DNA of 47,692 nt from Glaucostegus cemiculus. Taxonomy: Eukaryota. This document shows, in pieces, positions 33,430 to 45,229 of this stretch (within the stretch, counting starts at the first letter, position 1; each line of letters starts with the position of its first letter). The translations under genes and the position numbers were made by a program. The DNA is taken from the NCBI GenBank assembly GCA_976551045.1, contig CDPCPM010000059.1:9114001-9161692 (forward strand). Direction: 5' to 3'. The notes beneath the pieces were generated by a model. The model searched no databases, was not told the origin of the DNA, and was given only the letters and a program-made list of their open reading frames with translations.

Positions 33430-34890
33430 CGTGCTGGTTGTCCTCCTCCTCTCTGGATTGAGGATGGCTTACTTGCACTCTAATTTTGTGGATTCTTTAT
33501 GCCAATGTGGGAACCAGAGGCTCTAGCACTGAAGAGGCAGGTGGTGGTCAACAAGGTGGGCAGGTGAGTAGCTTGTGAGGTGGCGTGCTCCTCCTACCGT
33601 TTACATAGGCCCTCTGTGTGCTCCTGATGCAAAGTCTCAAGGTTCCCAACATCAGCTTTAATGCTCCTTTTCCACAATGAGAGATCATGAGACAGAGATT
33701 CTCACCAGGAATGCTGCATCTCTTCAAGGAGACATTGAGCTTATCTTTGAATCTTTTCCTCTGTCTGTCTTGTAATCTCTTTCCATGGGTGAGTTTGGAA
33801 TAGTTTAGAAATCTGGTATTAGCCATGCAAATGATGTAGTCTGCCTACCATATAGACTGAACATAACAAGGGCCTCAGTACTACAGATATCAGCTTAGGA
33901 GAGGACACTGAAACTGGCTCACTTATCCTTCCAGTAAATTTGGTGAATTTTGCTGAGATGGTGCTGGTGGCATTTTTTAATGCTTTGAGGTGCCATCTGT
34001 GGGTAGCCCATACTTCAGAAGCACATGAGAGAACAGGGACTACAGCTGTCCATTAGCCCATGAACCTTTTGCCAGGTCTCAGGTCTTGGTCTTCAATTCT
34101 TCTATCAACCAAAGGCTGTGCTGACACATTGAAGCTGATGATGAATTTTAGAGTCATAGAATCATACAGCATGGAAGCAGGCCCTTTGGCCCACTGGTCC
34201 ATGCTGATTCCCATCTAAGCTAGTCCCTTTTGCCCGCATTTGGCCTGTTCCCTCTCAACCTTTCCTATCCATGTACCTGTCCAAGTACATTTTAAATGTT
34301 GTTAATGTACCTGCCTCAGCCACTTCCTCTGGCAACTTGGTCCATGTATCGACCACCCTCTGGGTGAAAAAGTTACTCCTCAGGTTCCTATTAAATCCCT
34401 CCCCTCTCACTTTAGACCTCTGGTTCTTGATTCCTCATCGCTGGAAAAAAGACTGTGCGCACTCACCTTATCTATGCCCCACTGTATGAACCACTGTAAG
34501 ATCACCCCTTATTCTAAATTTCAATGAGAAAAGTCCCAACCTGCTCAACCTCTCTCCATAACTCAGTCCCAGCAACAACCTCACAAATCTTCTCTGCACT
34601 CTTTCTAGCTCAATGGCATCTTTTCTACAGCAGATTGACCAAAACTGAATGTGATATTCCATTCCAATTCCAAAGGTTCACATTCCAACTTTATCATTGT
34701 TAACGGATTTTGCTGAAAGGTGATTCGCAAGATATGAAAACTGATGCACGTCTTCCAGCATCTTGCCTTGAACTTACTGTTGGAGGGTGGAGTGAAGTAG
34801 CTGGGCCAGATAAGTGGGGGAGCTCTACACTGTTGAGTATAAGGCCCACCCTTTCATATTCTTCAGTGAAAGTGAGACTTGGATTTCCAA
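33430..34890 (-). mobile_element. RTE-clade LINE fragment, interrupted by a CR1
   Basis: Peptide YSKLTHGKRLQDRQRKRFKDKLNVSLKRC matches the RTE C-terminal motif; FTEEYERVGLILN upstream, beyond the CR1 insertion. Confidence 0.75.
34151..34662 (-). mobile_element. CR1/HER1 3' fragment inserted in the RTE element
   Basis: gagtcatagaatcatacagc tail; peptide EYHIQFWS..RKDAIELERVQRRF. Confidence 0.88.
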
Positions 34891-35039
34891 GTTTCATCCA
34901 CTAAAAATTCTGGTGATTAAATCTCTAAACTGCAACTTGCTGTTTTTGAATAATACTTCCATTGCTTTCACTAGAATAGGTATAAATCAAGGTGGAATTA
35001 ATTCAACGGCAATACTTTTGCACTCTGGTCCGAACCATA

Positions 35040-35410
35040 ACTTACTGGTTTCACTCCTGCTCATGAGTTAGAAAGTTGTGTGTTTAGTTGATGTATCATG
35101 GACTTCAGCACAATATCTTGACTGGCATTTCAGTGCAATGCTGAGAGAGTGCATCATTGTTAGAGGTGCCATATTTTAGATGACCCTTTCTATGTCTCAG
35201 TTTTCTCCAGTATGCTTTTTATTATCTATTCCTTAATAAACATTGTAAAAGAGATAATCTGGTCCTTATTTCTTTTCTGTTTGTTGGATATTGTCAAAAG
35301 TTTTTGATTGTGCTGTTTCACATATTGGCCACACTTCAAAGGTACATGATTTATTGTAAAATCCTCTGAGGTTCTGGAAGGTATTGTAAAAATACAAGTC
35401 TTGCTTTCTT
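35040..35410 (+). mobile_element. DeuSINE (SacSINE1/AmnSINE-related), ancient
   Basis: cagtgcaatgctgagagagtgcatcattgttagaggtgcc (Deu-domain-like), ataatctggtccttat...tgtttg, cacacttcaaaggtac and 3' aaatacaagtctt, all recalled from the SacSINE1 layout. Confidence 0.65.
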
Positions 35411-35779
35411 GTTTTAAGTAATTTGACTAGTAATTGATTAGTCTTCGCTGATTAAAATGAAAGTCTTACTTAATTTAAATAACACTTAAATTGCTGGCAC
35501 TTGTACCGTAAGTACGTATCTACACTAGAAACATCAATGCATTGTGAAGAAAGGCTACTGCTTTCTTCTCACTGTTCTGTGAGATATTATGTCTTTCCCT
35601 TCAAATTTGTATGTTTAGGATGAAACGTTATCAATCAGACTTGAGGAAAATAAAAGTGTGCCCCTTGATCTCCTGCCTTCCAGAGTAGCAGTTTAATGCT
35701 GTTGGAAATGCCTGTTTGATATTGATAAATTAGTTCAAAGAATGGTAGCTGCCAAGCTTATGAAAAATATTTCAAAACA

Positions 35780-35970
35780 TGCTGCCAGAAGAGGTGTGGA
35801 ATCAATGCAATCACTATGTTTAAGAGGCATTTAGACATGCACTTAAATAGGCAAGGCATAGAAGGATGTAGATCTAGTGCGGGGAAATGGAATTAGTGCA
35901 GATGGGCAAAAAGATTGGCATGGGCGTGGTGGGCTGCAGAGCCCGTTTCTGTGCTGTACACCTCTGACTC
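35780..35970 (+). mobile_element. CR1 3'-terminal fragment
   Basis: tttaagaggcatttagac...gtgggctgcagagcccgtttctgtgctgtac; same subfamily as 23400-23592. Confidence 0.8.
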
Positions 35971-36540
35971 CCTTCAGGGATTTGTTCTGAATTCATACCC
36001 ACATTGTGCTGATGTCTTTGACTTGTCTGCTGATGCCATCTCTATTTCAATGAATCTGTTCCCTCTCTCCAGGTAGACACTCATCCCATAATTACTCAGC
36101 AAGCTTGCAGTTTCAGTGATAAATAAAGCAGTTTCAAATTTCTATCAGTTTGTCTTCCCAGATGAGGAGGCCCAACAATAGCGATCCTTGCTAGTTGTTC
36201 TACTCAAGGTGTTATGCCAGAGTATGTATTTGGGTGTGGGGATGTTTTATGTAAAGTCACATCATATATTTTTTTTGCTGATATGCAGTCAGCACTGTTT
36301 TCCTCTAATTTAGTGCAATACGATTTAATTCTACATGGTAGTTAATATTGGATATTGATACCTCTTGGTGGTGTGATAGATTCCTACTTTAATACATGAA
36401 TGGTGACCCTACAAGCCATTGCTTGCAGATGGGCCAGGTTTTTGCATTGTGAAATGTTGGACATTCATTATCTATGAATGGATGGAAAACCATGTTGTAC
36501 ATCTATGATTTCCAGGAGCTACACTCTTCGGTAGCATGAA

Positions 36541-36665
36541 TATCTGGCTATCTTCCCAATCCATTCTCAGTCCTGAAGCAGGGTCCCAACCCAAAATGTT
36601 GACAATTCATTTCCCTCTGTAGATGCTGCTCAACCCATAGAGTTCCTCCAGCAATTTGGTTTTTG
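36541..36665 (+). mobile_element. Penelope pLTR fragment with hammerhead-like core
   Basis: cagtcCTGAAGCAGGGTCCCAACCCAAAATGTTGAC...agttcctccagc. Confidence 0.8.
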
Positions 36666-36971
36666 AAAAAAGTGGCAGAGGTTCATTCCAGTTATCATTC
36701 CCGTGGGACCCCTTTTAAATTAGCCTCGTACTCCTGTTCTATATAATTCTGCCATATTTTGAGCCTTCAAAAACATTATTTTTTTTGTAAGTTACCTTCA
36801 AATCTGTTTCCAGATCATAACAATGTTTCTTGATAAAAGTATTCAACTTCCCTTTGGTTCTCCTGCGTGTTGAAAGAATAATAAGGGAAGTTGTCGCATG
36901 TAGATCAGTAATCACAGCCAAGATGACCTTACTAGATTTGCTCTGCAGAAAATATTTACTGACACTGTAAA

Positions 36972-37187
36972 ATGGAGACCCAAGAGACTGCAGATGCTGG
37001 AATCTGGAGCAAAAAACAAACTGTGGGAGGAATTCATTGGCCAGGTGGCTTCTGTGGAGGGAAATGGGCAGTCAATGTTTCGGGTTGAGAACCTCGTTCA
37101 GATGAAGGTCTTGACCTGAAACATCAGCCGTCCATTTCCCTCCACAGATGCTGCCTGAACCGTTGAGTTCCTCCAGCAGTTTATTGC
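36972..37187. mobile_element. Palindromic (fold-back) Penelope pLTR element with 16-bp imperfect TSD
   Basis: Arms tctgtggagggaaatgg / ccatttccctccacaga; flanks ttactgacactgtaaa (36956-36971) and ttactgctactgtaaa (37188-37203). Confidence 0.85.
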
Positions 37188-37789
37188 TTACTGCTACTGT
37201 AAACTTGTTCCCTATATAAACCTGACAATATTATATTACATTGAATGCACTGATTGTTCCAGAGAGAAGTAGAAAAGACTGGAAGGGACAAGAAATTCTG
37301 AATGTAAGTGTTTTGTTCTCTTTGAAATTGCCTTTACAATTGCCTTTAAAATACTGAAAAATCTGTAGAAATGCAGCAGTTCAAACATGGATAATTTTGC
37401 AGGTTCCTAAAGCCAAATGGGAAGCCCTAGAATTTATAGGAAGGGAGCATCTCACATGAGGCTAATTGATTTGAACGTGCTTAACATTTTTATTTTTGCT
37501 CTCTAAGTTGCTAGTAGATGGAGATGAAAATCCTGTGGCTAGGGCAAAAGAAAGCAATAGATTTTTAGTTGTTAAAGGAATGATATATGGCATTAGTGTT
37601 CTGAGTAAAAGATCAGCCATGCTCTTATTGAGTGGTGGAGCAGATTCAAGGGGATGATTGGTCTGTTCATGCTTCCATTCCTTGTGTTCTTATGAAAGAG
37701 AGAGAAAGAAAGATAGATCATCCTCTTTAATAGTTTGTCAATTATCAGGCAATGCTGGTTGAATAGAAAATTTACTAGGTTAAACATTA

Positions 37790-37895
37790 GAACATAGAAC
37801 ACTACAGCACAGTACAGGCCCTTCGGCTCACAATGTTGTGCTGACATTTTATCCTGCTCTAAGATCTATTTAACCCTTCCCTCCCACATAGACCC
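37790..37895 (-). mobile_element. CR1 3'-terminal fragment
   Basis: agaacatagaacactacagcacagtacaggcccttcggc; older plus-strand CR1 3' remnants lie at about 37520-37695 and 38060-38255. Confidence 0.75.
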
Positions 37896-39155
37896 TTCTT
37901 TTCTTTATTTTTCTTCATTTTGAAAAATTTGGTGAATAGGTTCTGCTCCAACAATGGTTCCAATATCAACATTTCCACAGACTTTGGGGTGACTCCTGAC
38001 TTAGTGGAACCATAGTTGCTATTTCTCTATGGATTTGTAAGTCCTCCAGACAACCTCAGGAGAAATTACTTAGAAAAGAGGGTGCTGAGTCTTTAGAATT
38101 CCCTCTATTGAGCTAAGGAGGCTTGATCATCAAATGTTTTCCAGGATGCAATCAACAGCTTTTTAAATGCCACAGTAAGTGGAGGATATGGGGATTGGGT
38201 GGAAAAGTGGATTTGAGATAGAGGCTCAGCCATGACCTTGTTGAATGGTAGAGTAAGGTGAATTAGAGGTGGGAAGAGGTGTAGTCAAGTTAGCTGTAGA
38301 TTTTCATTGAATTCCTCCCCTCTCAGGGGACATTGCATGGCTTTTGGCTAGGATGGAAAATGTTCAAGTGGCAATGGTACTGCATGGGAAAAGTTGGATG
38401 GAATAGATGGTATTTCCTTCCTGTTTGTTCATATGACTTAGCAATCAAATAATCGCCTTGCCAGTAATCCTTTCTATCCTAGGAATAAGGGGAACAGGGG
38501 AAACACTTCTTCACCACCCTTGCTTCTTCCCTCAAAAGGTGCATCCAATTGTGTGGTGTTCTAGCGGGTATTTGCATACATTTTTTGAATTATTTGAGCT
38601 ACTTATCTTCTGAAACTTAGTAGTACACAAGGACTTAATCTATCATCTTTCCACTATTAACCATGGTGGACACCAACCAAATTAATTTACATATATTTCA
38701 AAATAATTATATAATCTCCTCAGGCTATGAGAATATGATGTGACTGAAGCAAATTTATTTTCTTACAATGATTATTGTATTTCAGTCTTTTACAAATATT
38801 TTAAGTGTTTTAAGTTCTCAAGCATCTCTATCTAAGCTGATAAAAGGCCTTGAAACTTACCTGAATCTGAGGCAGTTCTGCTGCCATTGGTTTCACAGGG
38901 CTAAGTGCAATACTAGTTAGCAATAATTGAGCAATTTGACCTGACTGCATATTATAGATGAAATATGGAGGAAATGTAAAGATCCTGCTGACAGAGCATT
39001 AGTTGCTTTCCAAAGCTTTGTATGAAGGGGTTTTCCAGCATTGGTGATGGATCAGGGCTCATAGTAGAAAAAAATCCCAAAAAGAGAAGCAAAGGAGATT
39101 TTTTAAAAAATTATTTAATAATGCCCATAAGATCGTAGAAAGAGGAGAAAATAAT

Positions 39156-40201
39156 GGGCTGGATCACGTTTCATCCGGTCAATGTCCAGCATTCTGCTTC
39201 TGTGGGATAACCACTGTTCCGACAAGCTTTATGTCTTCATGGCTCTCAACATGCTTGAGGCACTGCTGCTGCAGCCAGGCCATGGTGTGCTGCAATCCAT
39301 AAGCAGCAAGACAGCTTCAGGCAATGGAATCTGAGGCCTTACTACCAAACTGCCCAATGTCCTGCTGAGCACTTGTACCGTCAAGTACCGTCTCCAGTCT
39401 CTAAGCACATCTGATGATCAATGGTAGTTACAAACAGTTGAGATATGTTTAAACAATTTAAAATATTACATTTAAAAAATACAAATAAGATATAGAAGCA
39501 CTTATCTCATGTAAGTTCATAAAAAACTTTACTAATGACTTTGAAAAATGGGACAATTCACTTAGCTTCACTTAGATCTTAAAGTTGGTCAGTGAGCCAT
39601 TCAAATGAAAGTCAGCATACTCAGTACACCAGCCATGGTTAGCCTAAAGCTGAGTGGTCACATTGGTGCAGGTAGCAGAGCTGCGGCCTCACAGCACCAT
39701 TGATCAGGCTTCTGAAACTATCTGTGAGGAGTTTGCACATTCTTCATGTGACTGCATGAGCTTCTCCTGGGTGCTTCAGGTTCCTCCCACATCCCAAAGA
39801 TGTGCAGCTTGGCAGGTCAATTGGCCCCTAAGTGTGTGGGTGGGAATGGTAGAACCTAGGAAGAGTTGTTGGGAATGTGAGGAGAGTAAGTTGCAGGGAA
39901 ACTTTGTGGGGAAATGGATTGCTCTGACGCAGTCTGATATGGCCTTATTTTATGTGATAAGGGAATGTTGAAATCAGCCACTAATTGCATCCAACTCCTC
40001 AGCTCAGCATGTTCAGGAGCTTGCCCAGTTTTGATTCCAGGGGTACAGTGGAAGGCTCACTATTCAATCTCCAATCATTCCCGGTTTCCACATTGCAGCG
40101 TACAGGCACATAAATCCAGGACACGCTAACAAGCAAACTGCTGCTGGCCGGCAATTGCCTCGCTATGGAACAGCTGTCTGAAATTCAGCATGATCCGGCC
40201 C
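39156..40201. mobile_element. Probable non-autonomous DNA transposon (PIF/Harbinger-like)
   Basis: aat|GGGCTGGATCACG ... CATGATCCGGCCC|aat: 13-bp TIR (11 of 13, both mismatches at CpGs) and 3-bp TSD. Confidence 0.55.
39652..39965 (+). mobile_element. V-SINE (older, decayed)
   Basis: ggagtttgcacattct...cttctcctgggtgcttcaggttcctcccacatcccaaagatgtgc V domain. Confidence 0.8.
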
Positions 40202-42009
40202 AATGAATTCTACGGACCTGAGGCACTGGGAAGGAGCAAGCTAACACTGAATTCAATTTAATGAGTCTTAATTGCTGTAAAATGAGGTCAGAGAGAAAAG
40301 GGAAATAGAAATAAAATATTTACAGCACAGAAATCACTCAGCCTGTTATGCATGCCCCAGAACCTTGCTCAAACAATTCAACTAATGCCAGGACTCTTCT
40401 CTCTCTCTCCCCCATTGTCTTGCATCTTCTACTGCCTCTAATCTTTAACTGTTCTTACCTTACAAGAAGCAGTGCTGCATTTCATTGTTAGAAGAACACA
40501 GATTAAGGGATTCCATGACAGCTTTGTTTAAAATTATGAAAGAGTAAGTATTTGAAAACTTTTTCTTTCAGTAGGAAAGGGTTCAGAATCAAGAGATTAA
40601 AGGTAAGAGATTTAGACGAGAGGGCAGAAGGCCTTTATTAACATTTCATATTAATGATATGAAATGGTGAAACTTATTTTCACAGTCAGTAGTTTTTTGG
40701 CAGTGACTTCCACAATACAGCTGTTCTTGCTGAACTCAGCACCCGTTTGTAATCCCTCCTATAATTACTTTCACATTTGTGTCCTTTTGTAACTGTTCAC
40801 AGCCAGTAAAACCAACCTACCACCATTTATTTTATCAGAATCCTTCTTAATTGTGAAGACATCCCTTAACATCTTATCAGTAATTAAAAAAGCCTCACTT
40901 CTCAAGTCTTTACTTATAATTGTAACTTCCAGTTCATAAATAACATCCTTTCTCAGCACTTTTTCCATCGCTATGGAATGTTTAATTGCAATTTAGAGGA
41001 TTAGAATTCAGTGAAAGGAAGTAATAAATATCATATTAATTGTTTTGGCTGCACATCTATTCCGAAATTCTTCCACTGCAATGTGTGAAAAATAAAAGAC
41101 TTTAACTCTCCTCTCTTACTCAAGGCTCTTTCTTTACATTCAGTGTTCATGGTCCAATTTGAATAATTTGTTAATTTCTTGATTTATGTATGACTTGTGT
41201 GTGAATCACAAACCCCTTTCAATCTTTCTTGCACAAGGTGAAAATAAGCTGAGTTCTGTAAGCCTGTTTTCAGATCCTATTATTGTGAATAATGGCATCT
41301 AATTTGGTGCAATGCATATTCTATGAGGAAATAATAGAGTATTAATTGTGGCTGTTGCATGGCAATAATAAGAGAAGTGCAGCAAATCATAGGTGACATA
41401 GATAATAAATTAGCATCAATTTGGTCTTAAATTTTCCTCTTGAAGTTTTCACCTTTACCTAAAGGCTGTGGAATTTGTCCATGAGCATTTGTCACTTGAG
41501 TATCTGAAATCTAATCAACTACTAAGCCAAACCATGCCCTTGCTAGGGAGATAACTTTTAACTTCCAAAGACAACAGTCGTGTGTTTGTTAGCCCAAGTG
41601 CATTTTCATTCAAGCACTTAAAATCCTTAATGGTTTACAAAGAGTTAAATTAACATTAATGTACTTATGACTCACATCTTGATCCTATCAGCTGAGGAAG
41701 ATAACAGTTCAACTCATATTATATGGGCACATTGACTAGAGAAAGAAAAAGAGAGATCTGTAGATTCAAGGAAAACTTCAGCAAGGAAACAGCCCCTTCA
41801 ACCCAGCTTTTCCATGCCTACCTGGATCTGTGCTAATCCCATTATCCTGTGTTTGGTCCATATCCCTCTAAACCTTTCCTATCCGTGTACCTGTCTAAAT
41901 GTTAGCCATTATGATTGTCTCTGTCTCTATCACTAGGCAGTTCATTTCATATACCCTCTGAGGAATGTTTCCACATATCCCCTTTAAATCTTTACCCTCT
42001 CAACCTCGA

Positions 42010-42965
42010 ATATAGAACAGTCCAGCACAGGAACAGGCTTTTCGGTCCATAATGTTGTGCCAAACTAATTAAGCTAATGATACCTAATTAAACTTATCCC
42101 TTCTGTCTACACATGGTCCATATCCCTCAATTCTCAGCATATTCATGTGCCTATCCAATAGCCTCTATTGTATCCCTGCACCACCACCCTTGGTAGAACT
42201 TTACAGGCACTCGCTACTCTCTATGTGGAAAAAACTTGCCTGCATATCCCCTTTGGGCTTTCCCCCTTTCGCCTTAAATGCATACCCTCCAGTATTAGAC
42301 ATTTCAACCCAGGGAATAGGATACTGGTAGTCTACTCCTAGCTATGCCTCTCATGATTTTATAAACTTCTGACAGGTCTCCCCTCAACCTCTGCCACTCC
42401 AGAGAAAACAACACAAGTTTGTCCAACCTCTTCTTATAGCACACACCCTCTCTAATCCAGGCAGCATTCTAGTCAACCTTTCGTGCACTCTCTCCATAGC
42501 CTCTACACCCTTCCTGTAATGGGACAACCGGAACTGAATGCAATACTCCAGATGCGGCCTCACCAGAGCTTTATAAGGCTGCAACGTAACTTTCTGACGC
42601 TTGAAGTCAATGCCTCAACTAATAAAGGCAAGCATGTCATATAACCATCCTACCTACTTGTGTGGCCACTTTCAGGGAGCTGTGGACTTGGACCCCAAGA
42701 TCCCTCTGCGTATGTGCTGTTAAGGACTTTGCCATTAACTGTGTATTTTCCCTTTACATTTGATTTCCCAAAGTGCAACACTTCACACTTGCTCGGATTA
42801 AACTCCATCTGCCAATTCTCTGCTCATATCTGCAACTGATTTACATCCCGCTGTGAGCTTTAGCAATCTTCTACACTATCTACCACACCACCAATCTTTG
42901 TGTCATCTGCAAACTTAGTAACCCATCCGTTCACATTTGCAACCAAGTCATTGATATACAAATAT
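42010..42965 (-). mobile_element. CR1/HER1 LINE 3' portion
   Basis: Peptides KFADDTKIGGVVDSVEDC and YKALVRPHLEYCIQF closely match the intact ORF2 at 10148-12952. Confidence 0.92.
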
Positions 42966-42969
42966 ATAA

Positions 42970-43602
42970 ATGGCTGGTCATTGCACACATCAACTCCAAC
43001 CTCCCAGACAACCTCACCACACTGTAATTTGCCTACTGCCAAAATAGGTCCACTGCAGATACCATCGCCCTGGCCCTACACCAATCTCTGGAGCATCCGG
43101 ACAGTAAAGACACCTACGTCAGACACTATTTATTGACTACAGCTCCACCTTGAATTCCAAACAAACTTATCTCCAAACTCCTAGACCTGTGACTCAACAC
43201 CTCCCTTTGCAACTGGATCCTTCACTTCCTGACCAACAGACTGCAATCAATAAAGATGGGCAGCAACACCTCTGTCATGATTATTCTCAACACTGGTACC
43301 TCACAAGGCTGTGTCCTCAGCCCCTGACTTTACTCCCTATACACTCATGACTGCATGGCCAGATTCTGCTCTAACTCCATCTACAAGTTTGCAGATGACA
43401 CCACTGTAGTGAACCTCAAATAATGATGAGTCAGAGTACAGGAAGGAGATAGAGATCCTAGTGGCAGTGTTTCACAACAACAGCCTTAGCTTCAATGTCA
43501 GTAAAACAAAAGAGCTGGTCATTGACTTCAGGAAGGGGGCATGGTGCACACGCTCCAGTTTACATCAGTGAGGTCAAGAGAGTTGAGAGCTTCAAGTTTC
43601 TA
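42970..43602 (+). mobile_element. Rex1/Babar-related RT internal fragment
   Basis: tttattgactacagctcc (FIDYSS), ctttgcaactggatcctt (LCNWIL), cctcacaaggctgtgtcctcagcccc (PQGCVLSP), aagtttgcagatgacacc (KFADDT). Confidence 0.88.
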
Positions 43603-45021
43603 GCCTCTGACTATCTACCTGATCAATACCTCTCATCATCTTATATACCTCTATCAGGTCTCCTGTCTACTTCTTTTAGAATGTTCTACTGTCTTTTGGC
43701 ATATTGGCTATAGATTGGGTTTGCAATCGATTTTTAACATTTGATTTGATACATATTTGGACTTCATGCCTTTTAATGCCCTTACATTAATTCTTAAACA
43801 TATCTTCATGTTGTTCCAATACTTTCTTTAAATAACATCATAAGGTATTTATACTAAATATTTTTATTTAGTTGAAATAGCTGAAATAGTCAAGAGTCCA
43901 GTCCACTCTCAAATATTTCAGCTGATCTCTCCCAAACATATCAGCCATCATAATTGCCCATTAATGGGAGACCCATGCATTCCACTTGTCCTAATATTCT
44001 CAGGGTCTTGTTAGATATTTTCTCATCTGTAATTTGTACCTTGCTAGTGGCATCTTCCTAAACATCTTGTTATACATATCCTTTCCCATGGCTAAGCAGT
44101 CTGCTGTTGCATCTATATTCATGTCAGTGTCTCGATTATTAATCGTTAATTTTGAAATCACTTTTTTATTTTATTACCACTCGCTGTGGTTATGCTGTGT
44201 AAAATGCCCATCTCGCCTTGGAGATTCTCATTTTTTCCTGTGGTTTTCTACTACATTTGTTTCCCTTTCTTTTGGGTAGTGCTGGACTGTTGCTGTGTTG
44301 GCTGACTATATACTCTGTTTAGCCCTGAACATAAAGACCATGTACCTTTCTGAAGTGACTCACTTATGTTGTCTGATGGTTACTAATTGCAACAGGGTTT
44401 CCCTACAAACCTTCTCCTTGTACCTCTCGCACTTACATAAGCCAAACTCAATGTTAGAGCACCTGCCATTGTTCCTGCTGTTGGTCCATTTACAGTAACT
44501 TTCTGTACTGGTGTATGTAGAGACCAGACATGTAATTATCATGCATGCCCATTCAACCATTCAATCTAATGTGTTTGGTAACTTGGACTCATCTGTTATT
44601 CCACACACAATCTTACTTTGCACATGCTGAAGCTGCAATGTTGTGATAGAGTTTTCAATTATTTTTTTAACAATTAATCAGTCTCTAATCAACTCTACTG
44701 ACTTCTGATTTACATATTCCAAACTTATAATTCTCCACAATCTCCAACAGTGTCAGGTTGAAATGGTATTAAAGCTTTCTATTACTTTATTAAATGGGGC
44801 ATCAATCATCCTGCACATTGCAAGTAAGTTTGCCAAAGTCCAGTAAGTAACCAGTTTTATTTCTATGAGCAGGTTTACTTTCTTGTGTTCTCATATGGCC
44901 TAACTTGAGTATTTTCATCCACACTCCCAACTATAACTCTGAGTCTCCAAAAGTACTGCACTAAAGAGTCAGTGGTCCCTTGTGTACAATTTCAACCCAA
45001 ATCAATCTGATAAGAAGCCAG

Positions 45022-45200
45022 AGGAGACACTAGAGACTGCAGGTGCTGGAATCTGGAGCAGTGAGTCAACCAGTATCTGTGGGGAGAAAGGAATTATTGG
45101 CATTTTGGGTCAAAACCCTGCATCAGGACTGACCAAAGATGTTGACTATTCCCTTCTTCCCACAAGTGCTGCTCAACCTTTTGATTTCCTCCAGCAAACT
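45022..45200. mobile_element. Palindromic Penelope pLTR element with internal deletions
   Basis: ggagacactagagactgcaggtgctggaatctggagc...aaaccctgcatcaggact followed by inverted arm gatgttgac...tttcctccagc. Confidence 0.78.
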
Positions 45201-45229
45201 GTAGGATCAGACCACCTCTTCAAATGACA

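Larger units (their letters stand above)
41775..43665 (-). mobile_element. Outer CR1 3' fragment (41775-42007 and 43604-43665) split by two insertions
   Basis: ggaaacagccccttcaaccc 3' end; ccctttaaatctttaccctctc is continued by ctgactatctacc...ttatatacctctatcaggtctcc. Confidence 0.6.

Noticed and set aside
36162-36221. Plus-strand exon-like segment (cccag|ATGAGG...AGA|gtatgt)
   Set aside because: Stop codons in all three frames and no supporting neighbouring exons.
43700-44600. Possible highly decayed LINE endonuclease region
   Set aside because: No motif could be read with confidence; it needs a profile search.
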